DNA of 64,000 nt. Origin: Thermoplasmata archaeon. GTDB lineage: Archaea > Thermoplasmatota > Thermoplasmata > Lutacidiplasmatales > UBA184. Shown here piece by piece: positions 29,449 through 38,067 of this stretch (position 1 is the first letter of the stretch; each line of letters starts with the position of its first letter). Below the pieces are notes generated by a model. The model had not been told where the DNA came from, did not search any database, and was given only the letters and a program-made list of their open reading frames with translations. The stretch is from assembly GCA_035623855.1 (NCBI GenBank), contig DASPSQ010000005.1:2093-66092 (forward strand), given 5' to 3'. The position numbers and the translations under genes were made by a program.

Positions 29449-30957
29449 CTACCGCATCTCCGCTAGGCAGATCTCGATGAAATCCAGCGCGCCCTCGACC
29501 ACGGGGCCACCGGAGGCGAGCTCGAGGCGCGCATCCTGCAGGAGCCCGAAGATCTCCTCGACCGCGGCCTCGTGCTTGAGGGCCGCATCCTGAAGGTCGC
29601 CCTCCCCCGCGAGCCGCGTGAGCTGGTACGTCCCGCGAAGTTCCATGAGCTTGTCGAACAGGTCCATCAGGCGTTCCCGCGTCGTGGCATCACTTTGGCC
29701 CAACCCATGCTCGGTATTATCGATGAACTTAACGAGTGTCTCGGTCTCCTTGTCGTTCTGCATCCGGGCCTGAAGCATGGCAAGGCGCCTCACGATCGGC
29801 CCCTGGGACGGCTCGGGTAGCTTTTCTGCCTCCGCCCAGGCCTGAAGGAGAGCTCGCGCGGCCTCCACGACCGCGCGGCGCGCGAATTGTACGCGCGCTT
29901 CCCAGTAGAGACGGGTGACGGGTGGGAGCACGGCCTGCGACCTCGAGAGGAGTTCCAACGCGTGGTCGTACTCCCCCCGGACGTAGGCCTCGACGACCTC
30001 GCCGAGGGGGCCATAACGCTCTCGCAGGTAGGCCGGGGCACTCGCCGGCGTCCCTGACACCACGTCGACCTCGATTTCGGGAGCCTCCCGGTAGGCCGCC
30101 TCCGCCGCGGGACGCGGGGCGATGACCGCCGCACCCCGAATCCGCGAGACCGTCGCGTGTTGCTGCGGCTCTTTCAGCGCTCGGGCCGCGCTCGCGGCAC
30201 GGCGCGCGAGCTCCTCCGGGTGGAGCTCCTCGATCGGCTGATCCCCCTCGTACCCGACGTCCACGAACGCGTGGACCATCTGGGCGAAGAGCGCGGAACC
30301 AGTCGTGACCTCTTGGAAGCTGAACGGGGCCGGGACTCCGAGCAGCTGGGCGCGATCGGTGAGCTGCGCGAGGAATTGGTTCATGTGCCCGGCGTCGACG
30401 CCCTTGTCCCGTTCGTCGCCGTTTCCAATCCCGATCAGGCGGAAGGTCAGACGAGAGTTCGCGGGCAGTATGTACGGGATGAGGTCGATCTTACCGTTGG
30501 GCAGCGGAGCGTGGGAGGAGTTGCGGACGTCGAAGCGCTGGGATGCGTTGTCCCACCCGTCCGTGACGAGGACGAGGTTTCCCCGAACTCCTTCCACCCC
30601 CATCCGGAGAAGGTCGGCGCCCACGGCGATCGCGTCCCAGATCGCGGACCGGCCGCTCGGCGTGAGGAGGCTGATGAGGTTCTCGATGTACGGGAGGTTC
30701 TCCTTGTGGATTTCTCCCAGCGGGACCGGGACGCGGACCGTCTCGGTGAATGTGACGAGGCCGAACGGGTTGCCGGAGGTCGAGGCATCCTGAAGGATTC
30801 GGAACACCGCAGTTCGGGCGACTTCGATCTTCTGACGCTCCGGGGAGCCCGGTTGCGGCTCCGGCAGCGGAGCGAGCATGCTCTTCGAGAGATCGAGGAT
30901 CAGGACGTTCCGCTCCCGTTCGGGACCTGTCGTGGGTGAAGTAGAATCTTGAAGCAT
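29449..30957 (-). CDS. von Willebrand factor A (vWA) domain protein with C-terminal TPR-like helical region
   Basis: MIDAS DLSKS, GLVTF, PSGRSAIWDAI, LVLVTDG, RLIGIG; helical GEYDHALELL...YWEARV region. Confidence 0.85.
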   Translation of the reverse strand: MLQDSTSPTTGPERERNVLILDLSKSMLAPLPEPQPGSPERQKIEVARTAVFRILQDASTSGNPFGLVTFTETVRVPVPLGEIHKENLPYIENLISLLTPSGRSAIWDAIAVGADLLRMGVEGVRGNLVLVTDGWDNASQRFDVRNSSHAPLPNGKIDLIPYILPANSRLTFRLIGIGNGDERDKGVDAGHMNQFLAQLTDRAQLLGVPAPFSFQEVTTGSALFAQMVHAFVDVGYEGDQPIEELHPEELARRAASAARALKEPQQHATVSRIRGAAVIAPRPAAEAAYREAPEIEVDVVSGTPASAPAYLRERYGPLGEVVEAYVRGEYDHALELLSRSQAVLPPVTRLYWEARVQFARRAVVEAARALLQAWAEAEKLPEPSQGPIVRRLAMLQARMQNDKETETLVKFIDNTEHGLGQSDATTRERLMDLFDKLMELRGTYQLTRLAGEGDLQDAALKHEAAVEEIFGLLQDARLELASGGPVVEGALDFIEICLAEMR

Positions 30958-31250
30958 GCAGCGCGCCCCGCGGTCCGTCTAGACGTTTCCCGGGAACACG
31001 ACCCGGGAGCCTCCCCGAGCGGCTCCGCCCTGTCGCACATGAATATTCACCTCGGATAGGGTATTTGTGGCTTCCGCCGGATTCCTTGGCGCGCCGGCAG
31101 TCTGATGGGGCGTCGCGGCTCGTACCCGGACCCGTCCGGCGCGATCGCCGGGTCCTTCCCGAGCCCCCCGTCGCGAGGAAGAGGCTGCACTGGGGAACGC
31201 GGTCGCTCCCGAACCGAGGTCAAGCCGTCCTCGCCGAGCGCGAAGCCAAG

Positions 31251-31258
31251 GTTATAAC
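31251..31258 (+). promoter_or_regulatory. Putative TATA box of rps17e
   Basis: GTTATAAC about 25 nt before the ATG in a GC-rich background, preceded by a purine-rich BRE-like stretch. Confidence 0.55.
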
Positions 31259-31282
31259 CGCGGCCCGGGTCCGCGCGCCCGC

Positions 31283-31507
31283 ATGGGCAGCATCCGCCAA
31301 ACGTACATCAAGCGGGTCGCGATCGAACTGATCCGCCACTACCCGAACGACTTTGGAGCGGATTTCGCCCACAACAAGCAGAAGGTGCTCGAGCTGACCG
31401 ACCTCGGCGTGGTCGTGGACGGGAAGATTCAGGTCGTCCACAAGAAGCTCGCCAACCGGATCGCCGGCTACGCGACCCGGTACATGAAGCGAAAGCGAGG
31501 GACCTAG
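31283..31507 (+). CDS. rps17e: 30S ribosomal protein S17e
   Basis: MGSIRQTYIKRVAIEL...DFAHNK...KKLANRIAGYATR. Confidence 0.93.
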   Translation: MGSIRQTYIKRVAIELIRHYPNDFGADFAHNKQKVLELTDLGVVVDGKIQVVHKKLANRIAGYATRYMKRKRGT

Positions 31508-31541
31508 ACTCTCCCTCGACAGGTCGCGCGACGTCCGGGAA

Positions 31542-32207
31542 TCACTCGAACACCCCGAAGCCATCCTGCAGGTGCACGATCTCGACGGGCGTGGTGGGCC
31601 GGCCCACGACGAACCCGCGTGAGTTCGCAACGAGGCACGCCCCGACGATCGGGACCCCGAAGTTGGCGGTCGAGCGGTGGACCGGGACGCCGAGACGCCG
31701 CTCGACAACCCCGACCTCGCGATCCGTTGCCTTCGGGTGGACGACGACCCCACGGTTGGTTGCGACCCCGGCCATCCCGACCGTCCCGAGCCCCGCGACC
31801 GTCCCTCGCTCCGCGGGGACGCCGAGCGCCCGGGAGATCTGCGCGACCGCCTCGGAGGAGAACTCCGGGTGCACGATCGCCCCGGCGTCATTCGCAAGGA
31901 TGTTGTTCCCCATCGCATTCTGGCGGTGTCGGACGACCGTCACCGGCCCGACGGACTCGAGCGTCCGGCGTTCGTCGGCGTCGACCTCCTCCCCAACCAC
32001 GACGCCCTTCGAGTTGGCGGCGACCATCGCACCGACGACCTCGCAGTCGAAGACGTTCGTCCGGACCACTCGGATCCGCAGGAGCCGCTCCACGTCCCGT
32101 TCGAGGGCCTGCGGCAGGGTCCACGGAGCGAGGCCGACCGTCTCGCCGACCCGCAGATAGACTCCAAGGTAGGGGCTACCGCCGAAAAGCCCCCGACCGA
32201 CCGGCAC
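31542..32207 (-). CDS. eif6: Translation initiation factor 6 (aIF6)
   Basis: GSPYLGVY, GAMVAANSKG, AMGNNILAND, VGMAGVATNRG, TANFGVPIVGACLVANSRG, TTPVE. Confidence 0.93.
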   Translation of the reverse strand: MPVGRGLFGGSPYLGVYLRVGETVGLAPWTLPQALERDVERLLRIRVVRTNVFDCEVVGAMVAANSKGVVVGEEVDADERRTLESVGPVTVVRHRQNAMGNNILANDAGAIVHPEFSSEAVAQISRALGVPAERGTVAGLGTVGMAGVATNRGVVVHPKATDREVGVVERRLGVPVHRSTANFGVPIVGACLVANSRGFVVGRPTTPVEIVHLQDGFGVFE

Positions 32208-32230
32208 GCCTGGCGTCTCCCGGGGGCCCG

Positions 32231-32527
32231 CTACTCGCTCTCGAGGATATCGACCTCGATCAGGCCGTCCTCGAAGCGGATCGCCTTGACCCGGACCTGC
32301 CGGGGGATGTGTTGGATTCCCCGTTCCCAGATGAGCTCGTTGAGCCGCGGGTCGATCCAGATGTCTTCCGGCTTCCCTTTCATGTGTCGCCCAACGAACC
32401 GGCGCACGGTCTCAAGGGCATGGCCGGCCCGCCGGCGGCGGGACGGCTGGTGCTGGCTCGGCCGCAGCGGGATCACGTACTCCCGTTCGAGTTCTTCAGC
32501 GCGGCGTGACGGGGTCTTCGCGGGCAT
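32231..32527 (-). CDS. rpl31e: 50S ribosomal protein L31e
   Basis: EREYVIPLR, FVGRHMK, IDPRLNELIWERG, PRQVRVK. Confidence 0.93.
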   Translation of the reverse strand: MPAKTPSRRAEELEREYVIPLRPSQHQPSRRRRAGHALETVRRFVGRHMKGKPEDIWIDPRLNELIWERGIQHIPRQVRVKAIRFEDGLIEVDILESE

Positions 32528-32542
32528 CGATCTTCCCGTCCC

Positions 32543-32701
32543 TCACTTGTGGAGGTGACCTCGCTTCCACGTATGGCGCTTCGGATGGCGGGTGACCCGA
32601 CGACTGGTGCGTTGCATGACCCAGGCCGGGACCCGGCGATTCCCCTTCACGACCCGGAGCAGGCGAGTCTTCCGCGCGAGGCTCTTCCTTCGATTCGCCA
32701 T
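32543..32701 (-). CDS. rpl39e: 50S ribosomal protein L39e
   Basis: Not in the ORF track. Hand-translated as MANRRKSLARKTRLLRVVKGNRRVPAWVMQRTSRRVTRHPKRHTWKRGHLHK*, in the canonical position before L31e. Confidence 0.93.
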   Translation of the reverse strand: MANRRKSLARKTRLLRVVKGNRRVPAWVMQRTSRRVTRHPKRHTWKRGHLHK

Positions 32702-32713
32702 GGGATCCTCGGT

Positions 32714-33073
32714 TCAACGGCGGGTGATCGTGATCTCCCGACGATCGGGCGCGATCCTTTCAAGGAGCGAGCGGAGCGTCGCGTCGTCGATCTGCCGCTG
32801 AATCCGTCCGCTCGCGGCGAGCGCGATCAGCTGCTGCTCCACGGAGGCTGCGACATCCGGCTTTGCGAGACGGATCCGGCCGAGCCGTTCGCGCGCCTCC
32901 GGAGTGAGGATCCGGCGGAGGATCTCGGAGCGTTCCGCGTCCCGCCGTGCCATCTCCGACTCTTGGGCGGCGTACGCTTGCGCCTGCGCTGCCTCCGACT
33001 GTTGCATCTCCTGGAGCTGCCGAACGCGTCGACGACGGAGCTCCGTGAGTTCGGGATCCTCTCCGTACGCCAT
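32714..33073 (-). CDS. PDCD5/TFAR19-like DNA-binding protein
   Basis: DPELTELRRRR, ILTPEARERLGRIRLAKP, VEQQLIALA, ITITRR. Confidence 0.9.
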   Translation of the reverse strand: MAYGEDPELTELRRRRVRQLQEMQQSEAAQAQAYAAQESEMARRDAERSEILRRILTPEARERLGRIRLAKPDVAASVEQQLIALAASGRIQRQIDDATLRSLLERIAPDRREITITRR

Positions 33074-33111
33074 TCGACCGTTCCTCGCTCTTGGCTTAAC
33101 CCGTAGACACT

Positions 33112-33567
33112 CTAGAGATACTTGGCGAGTTCGGGCCGGTTCTCCGCGAGTCGCTTGAGAGCGTCCCGGGAGACCGTCATGAGGAGCTTCTCTCCGGCGG
33201 GGCTCAGTCGTCGTCCTTGCGTCTTGTACGGTTGGACCAGTCCGGCCTTCTCCAACTGGTGGATGATCTCGCGAAGGACCGCACGGGAACCGGTCCGGGC
33301 ATGATACGGCGCGCTCCCGCGGTCCCGTTTGCCACCGTAGTCCGCGCTGAGCCGAGAGACCCCGACGTGACCGCGGAGGTAGATCTTCCGCAGCACCGAA
33401 GCGCTCCGCAGGTACCACCAGTCCGTCTGCACCGGGGCGCGTTGCTTGTGGACCCCCGTTTTGACGAACGTTGCCCACGGAGGGGGTGCAACCGCTTGCC
33501 GACTCCTCAGTTCTGTAGCAAGCTGGGGGAGCAGAATCCCCGGTGGAACGTCGTTTGGGTGGCTCAT
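33112..33567 (-). CDS. rps19e: 30S ribosomal protein S19e
   Basis: PPWATFVKTG, DWWYLRSASVLRKIY, YGGKRDRG, QLEKAGLV. TTTAAATA box about 30 nt upstream. Confidence 0.95.
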   Translation of the reverse strand: MSHPNDVPPGILLPQLATELRSRQAVAPPPWATFVKTGVHKQRAPVQTDWWYLRSASVLRKIYLRGHVGVSRLSADYGGKRDRGSAPYHARTGSRAVLREIIHQLEKAGLVQPYKTQGRRLSPAGEKLLMTVSRDALKRLAENRPELAKYL

Positions 33568-33835
33568 GGAGCGGCGCGGCCACCCGGTGAGCCTATTTAA
33601 AACCGGACCCTGGCGTTCGGCGAGCCGGGCGAGGAAGGACTGGCCGGGTCCCGGATCCTCGGAATCCCGGAGTGCGGCTCGAGGCCCGACGTCGGGAATC
33701 CAGGTACACCGTGCGTCGGGGTCGGCAGGGGCGGCCGAGCCCTTGCGTCTCTCCTCCAGGTGGCGACCCGGGGCCATCGCCTTAACTACCGGCCGTTCGT
33801 ATCGATTTGGCAACCCGCGTCCGGGCCGGTCCACG

Positions 33836-34444
33836 ATGACGGTTGCCGCTCTCATACTCGCTGCCGGCGAATCCAGCCGGTTCGAGGGCTATCCCAAAGC
33901 CCTCTTGACCGCCGGGCGTCGGTCCGCCGTCCGCCGACTCGCCGAGATCGCGATCGCTCAGCAATTCGACCCGATCGCGGTCGTTGTCGGGGCCCACAAG
34001 GGTCCGATTACCCACGAGCTTCGCGATCTCCCCGTGGAGATCGTGGATGCGGAGCAGTGGTACGAGGGCCGGACCGCGTCGATTCAGGCCGGGATCTCTG
34101 CCCTTCCTGACGACCGGGACATTCTCCTCTGGCCGATCGACCACCCGTTCGTCTCTCCCCGGACGGTTGAGACGCTCACGGCGCTCCTTTCCACCGATAT
34201 GATCGCCGTCTGGTACATCCCGACGTACGAGGGTAATGGCGGTCACCCGGTCCTCTGGCGGTCGGTGATCCGCCCGGACGTCCTCGACCTTCGGCCCGAC
34301 GCACCGGTTCGCTCGCTCCTTCCGGAATTTGGCCCCCAGGTCCGACGCGTACCCGTCGAGGATCCGGGAGTCGTCGCGAACGTCGACACCCCCGACGCCT
34401 ACCGTGACGCGTACGAGACCTGGCTCGCCCGAGGGGAGGAGTGA
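33836..34444 (+). CDS. mocA: Molybdenum cofactor cytidylyltransferase MocA-like nucleotidyltransferase
   Basis: LILAAGESSRF..PKALL, WPIDHP, GGHPV, NVDTPDAY; heads a XDH-family operon. Confidence 0.8.
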   Translation: MTVAALILAAGESSRFEGYPKALLTAGRRSAVRRLAEIAIAQQFDPIAVVVGAHKGPITHELRDLPVEIVDAEQWYEGRTASIQAGISALPDDRDILLWPIDHPFVSPRTVETLTALLSTDMIAVWYIPTYEGNGGHPVLWRSVIRPDVLDLRPDAPVRSLLPEFGPQVRRVPVEDPGVVANVDTPDAYRDAYETWLARGEE

Positions 34445-35289
34445 TGGACCGCCGTCTGACACGCGAAGCATTACGACTGATGGAATCCCACCAGCCGTTC
34501 GTGCGAGCGGCGGTGGTGAAGGCGGTCGGCTCGGTTCCCGGAAAGGTCGGCGCGACAATGATCGTGCGGTCGGACGGCTCGTATCTCGGGACGGTCGGAG
34601 GCGCCGCTCTCGAGGAGCAGGTCAAGTCACTCGCGATGGAGGCGTTCGAGACCCATCGGGGCGACCTCCACCATTTCGACCTCCAGGCATGGGCCCCGGG
34701 GGGCCTCCCCAGTCTCTGCGGCGGCTCGGTGGAGATCGCCGTCGAGTACGTTCCCGCCCGTCCGAACCTCCTTCTCTGGGGAGGCGGTCATGTTGCCCAG
34801 GCGCTCGCCGCGATCCTCCCGACCCTGGAGTTCGACTACAGCGTCGCGGACGATCGCCCGGAGTGGATCGGTGCGGATCGGTTCCCCCACGCCGACCGCC
34901 GGGAGGCGGTCTCCCCGGCTCGCATCTGGGAGATCTTCGATCCTCCGACGTTCACGCACCTCTACCTCCTCGGGTACGACGCAGCGAAGGACCTCGAGGT
35001 CCTTGCGAGCGCGATCGAGCGATTCCCCAACGCGATCGGACTGATCGCGAGCGCATCGAAACGCGAGCACATGTTCCAAGAGCTTCGCTCGCGAGGGGTA
35101 TCGCGGGAATCGCTCACCCGGGTCCGATCTCCCGTGGGGCTCGAGATCGGGGCCGAGACACCGGCCGAGATCGCTGTGAGCATCGTGGCCGAGATCGTAG
35201 CCGGGATGCACCCGGCCAAGGTACGTAGTCGTGCGCGTGGGGAATCCTCCACCCCCCGGGAGACCGATGCCGTCCCGCGATCTCCTTAA
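34444..35289 (+). CDS. xdhC: XdhC/CoxI family molybdoenzyme maturation factor
   Basis: GSVPGKVGATM, GTVGGAALE, CGG, WGGGHVA, PVGLEIGAETPAEIAVSI. Confidence 0.88.
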   Translation: MDRRLTREALRLMESHQPFVRAAVVKAVGSVPGKVGATMIVRSDGSYLGTVGGAALEEQVKSLAMEAFETHRGDLHHFDLQAWAPGGLPSLCGGSVEIAVEYVPARPNLLLWGGGHVAQALAAILPTLEFDYSVADDRPEWIGADRFPHADRREAVSPARIWEIFDPPTFTHLYLLGYDAAKDLEVLASAIERFPNAIGLIASASKREHMFQELRSRGVSRESLTRVRSPVGLEIGAETPAEIAVSIVAEIVAGMHPAKVRSRARGESSTPRETDAVPRSP

Positions 35290-35740
35290 CCTCCGGCTGA
35301 ACGGCCATCCCGTCTCGGTGGCGTGCGAGCCCGCACGGATCCTTCTGGACCTACTGAGAGAGGATCTCGGCCTCACCGGCACGAAGCGGGGTTGCGACCT
35401 CGGGACATGCGGGTGCTGCACCGTCCTCCTCGATGGGCGTCCGACCCTGAGCTGTCTCACGCTCGCGCGTCTCACGGACGGCCGCGCGATCGAGACGATC
35501 GAGGGCCTGACCCCTCCCCGGGGACTTTCGCCGGTGCAACGCGCGTTCGTCGAGCGTGGAGCGACCCAGTGCGGGTTTTGCACCCCGGGCTTCGTGGTGA
35601 CCGCGACGGCCCTCCTTTCCCGAGAGCCGCATCCGAGTCGCTCCGAGATCGAGCGCGCGATCGCGGGGAACCTCTGCCGGTGCACGGGGTACACCAAGAT
35701 CATTGAGGCGATCGAGGCCGCTTCGCGGGAGACCCCCTGA
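35267..35740 (+). CDS. hcrC: XDH-family 2x[2Fe-2S] subunit (4-hydroxybenzoyl-CoA reductase gamma-like)
   Basis: GTKRGCDLGTCGCCTV...SC; QCGFCTPG; GNLCRCTGY. Confidence 0.82.
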   Translation: MPSRDLLNLRLNGHPVSVACEPARILLDLLREDLGLTGTKRGCDLGTCGCCTVLLDGRPTLSCLTLARLTDGRAIETIEGLTPPRGLSPVQRAFVERGATQCGFCTPGFVVTATALLSREPHPSRSEIERAIAGNLCRCTGYTKIIEAIEAASRETP

Positions 35741-38061
35741 TGGCTTCCACGGCCGGCCCGTATCGCCTCCTCGGCGGATCGATCCCGTACGTGGAGGGAC
35801 CCCTCAAGGTCACTGGCCGGGCCGAGTACACGGACGACATCCGCCGGCCGGGGATGCTCGTCGGCCGTCTCCTTCGCAGCCCGTGGCCCCATGCACGCCT
35901 CACGTCCCTCGACGTGAGCGCGGCCCGAGCGTGTCCGGGGGTGTTTGCCGTGCTGACGGGTGAACGGTACCCGATCCCGTTCGGGGTCCTCCCGATCACG
36001 CACGACGAGACCGCGATCGCGGTCGGGAAGGCGCGATACATCGGCGACATCATCGCCGCCGTCGCCGCGCAGGACGAGCGGACCGCCGAGAAGGCCCTTG
36101 CGCTCATCCGGGCGGAGGTCGAGCCGCTCCCGGAGTACTCCGATCCGCGGGTCGGGACGTCGAAGGTCGCCGAGCCAATCCACTCTCGCGGCCTTCAGGG
36201 GTCGAACATTCAGAAGGAGGTCGTCCAGCACTTCGGCGACGTCGACGCGGCGTTCGCGCGCGCTAGGTTCACCGCCCGGGTCCGTGCGACGTTCGCGGGA
36301 GTGACCCACGCGTTCACGGAGCCGATGGCGACCGTTGCCGAGGCGACGCCGGATGGTCGGCTCACCGTCTGGAGCGCCACCCAGGTCCCCCACTACCTCC
36401 ATCGGGCGCTTTCGGAGGTCCTGGGGCTCCCCCTCCACCGGATCCGGGTCATCAAGCCCGAGGTCGGCGGGGGGTTCGGCGGGAAATCCGATCCTCTTCC
36501 GCACGAGATCGTCTGCGCCGCGCTCGCGATCGAGACCGGCCGGCCGGTCAAGATCCTGTTCGACCGCGAGGACGTCTTCTACACGAACCACGGCCGCCAT
36601 CCGACCCAGAACGACGTGCGCATCGCCGCGGACGCGGAGGGGAACCTCCTCGGGTACGACATCGAGGCGCTGATCGATGGCGGCGCGTGGAGCTCGTTCG
36701 GAACCGTTACCACGTACTACAACGGCGTCCTCGCGATCGGGCCATATCGCGTGCCCAACTTCCGCTACAAGGGCCGTCGGGTCTACACGACGAAGCCCCC
36801 CTCTGGGGCGATGCGCGCCCACGGGGGCACGAACATCCGCTACTCGATCGAGGTCGCGATCGACGAGCTCGCCGAGGCGATCGGCGTCGATCCGTTCGAC
36901 CTTCGCGCGAAGAACGCCCTCCCCCCGAACTCGAAGACGGTCAACGAGTTCCGGATCACCTCGACGTCGTTCCTCAAGTGCCTCTCCGCCGCCCGGTCGG
37001 CGAGCGGCTGGGCGGAGAAGTTCCGACGGCTGCCGTTCGGTCGAGGCGTCGGACTCGGCTGCGGCTTCTACATCTCGGGATCGAACAGCCCGATCCACTT
37101 CACGCCGAAGATGCCCCAGTCGACCGTCCACCTCAAGGTCGACATGGACGGCGGCATCGCCGTCCACTCGATGCAGGCGGATATCGGGCAGGGGTCGAAC
37201 ACGCTACTCGCGGCGATCATCGCGGAGGTGCTCGGGGTCGACCTCGAGCGCGTGCACGTCCAGCGCGTCGATTCCGATGTGAGCCCGATCGACGTCGGGT
37301 CGTATTCGAGCCGAGTGACGTTCATGATGGGGAACGCGGCCCGTGCGGCGGCGGAGGAGCTCAAGGGCCGGCTGATCGCCGCGGCAGCGGAGATCCTCGA
37401 GCGCCCCCCCGGCGAGATCGAGGTGGGCCAGGAGCGTTTCCACCTCGTGGGTGCGCCGGACCGCTCGGTCTCGTTCCTCGACACGCTCCATCGGGCGATG
37501 GAGCGGTCCGGTGCCCTCACCGCGTCCGGCTCGTTCCAGACCCAGCCGATCGGAGGGACGTTCAAGGGGGCCCGGGCCGGCACGGCGCCGGCGTACTCGT
37601 TCGCAGCGTACGTCGCCGAGGTCGAGGTCGATGTCGAGACCGGCGAATTCCACGTCCCCAAGATTTGGGCGGCGTTCGATTGCGGTCGGCCCTTGAACCG
37701 GCTGGCGGTCGAGGGGCAGATCCAGGGGTCGATCCACATGGGCCTCGGCCAGGTGATGGGCGAGTCGATGAACTACCGGGGTTCGCGCCTGTTCAACCCG
37801 TCGCTTCTGGAGTACAAGATCCCGATGCCCCAGCAGATGCCGGAGGTCGAAATCCTGCTCGTGGGGGACGACGACCCCGAGGGACCGTTTGGGGCGAAGG
37901 AGGCCGGCGAGGGGCCGCTGATCGCCACGCTCCCGGCGGTGGGGAATGCCCTCTACGATGCGATCGGAGTGCGGTTCACCGAGCTCCCGATCACCCCGGA
38001 TCGCGTGGTGCGAGCCCTCGAAGTGCGGCTGAAGGAGGGGCGTCCCTGGAAGGGCGCCTAG
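35740..38061 (+). CDS. hcrA: XDH-family molybdopterin subunit (4-hydroxybenzoyl-CoA reductase alpha-like)
   Basis: KVTGRAEYTDD, GGGFGGK, AMRAHG, DIGQG, GSYSSRVT, EGQIQG, GAKEAGEG. Family is certain; substrate is inferred. Confidence 0.8.
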   Translation: MASTAGPYRLLGGSIPYVEGPLKVTGRAEYTDDIRRPGMLVGRLLRSPWPHARLTSLDVSAARACPGVFAVLTGERYPIPFGVLPITHDETAIAVGKARYIGDIIAAVAAQDERTAEKALALIRAEVEPLPEYSDPRVGTSKVAEPIHSRGLQGSNIQKEVVQHFGDVDAAFARARFTARVRATFAGVTHAFTEPMATVAEATPDGRLTVWSATQVPHYLHRALSEVLGLPLHRIRVIKPEVGGGFGGKSDPLPHEIVCAALAIETGRPVKILFDREDVFYTNHGRHPTQNDVRIAADAEGNLLGYDIEALIDGGAWSSFGTVTTYYNGVLAIGPYRVPNFRYKGRRVYTTKPPSGAMRAHGGTNIRYSIEVAIDELAEAIGVDPFDLRAKNALPPNSKTVNEFRITSTSFLKCLSAARSASGWAEKFRRLPFGRGVGLGCGFYISGSNSPIHFTPKMPQSTVHLKVDMDGGIAVHSMQADIGQGSNTLLAAIIAEVLGVDLERVHVQRVDSDVSPIDVGSYSSRVTFMMGNAARAAAEELKGRLIAAAAEILERPPGEIEVGQERFHLVGAPDRSVSFLDTLHRAMERSGALTASGSFQTQPIGGTFKGARAGTAPAYSFAAYVAEVEVDVETGEFHVPKIWAAFDCGRPLNRLAVEGQIQGSIHMGLGQVMGESMNYRGSRLFNPSLLEYKIPMPQQMPEVEILLVGDDDPEGPFGAKEAGEGPLIATLPAVGNALYDAIGVRFTELPITPDRVVRALEVRLKEGRPWKGA

Positions 38062-38067
38062 CGGACG

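Noticed and set aside
25234..29466. 1410-aa ORF on the + strand
   Set aside because: Antisense shadow of the GTPase and coiled-coil genes; R/G/P-rich and without motifs. Long stop-free antisense frames are expected at this GC content.
33600..33790. GC-rich intergenic region with hairpins and a GAGGAAGGAC segment, considered as RNase P or SRP RNA
   Set aside because: Too short, with no RNase P P4 consensus or SRP helix-8 motif. The hairpins are explicable by GC content.
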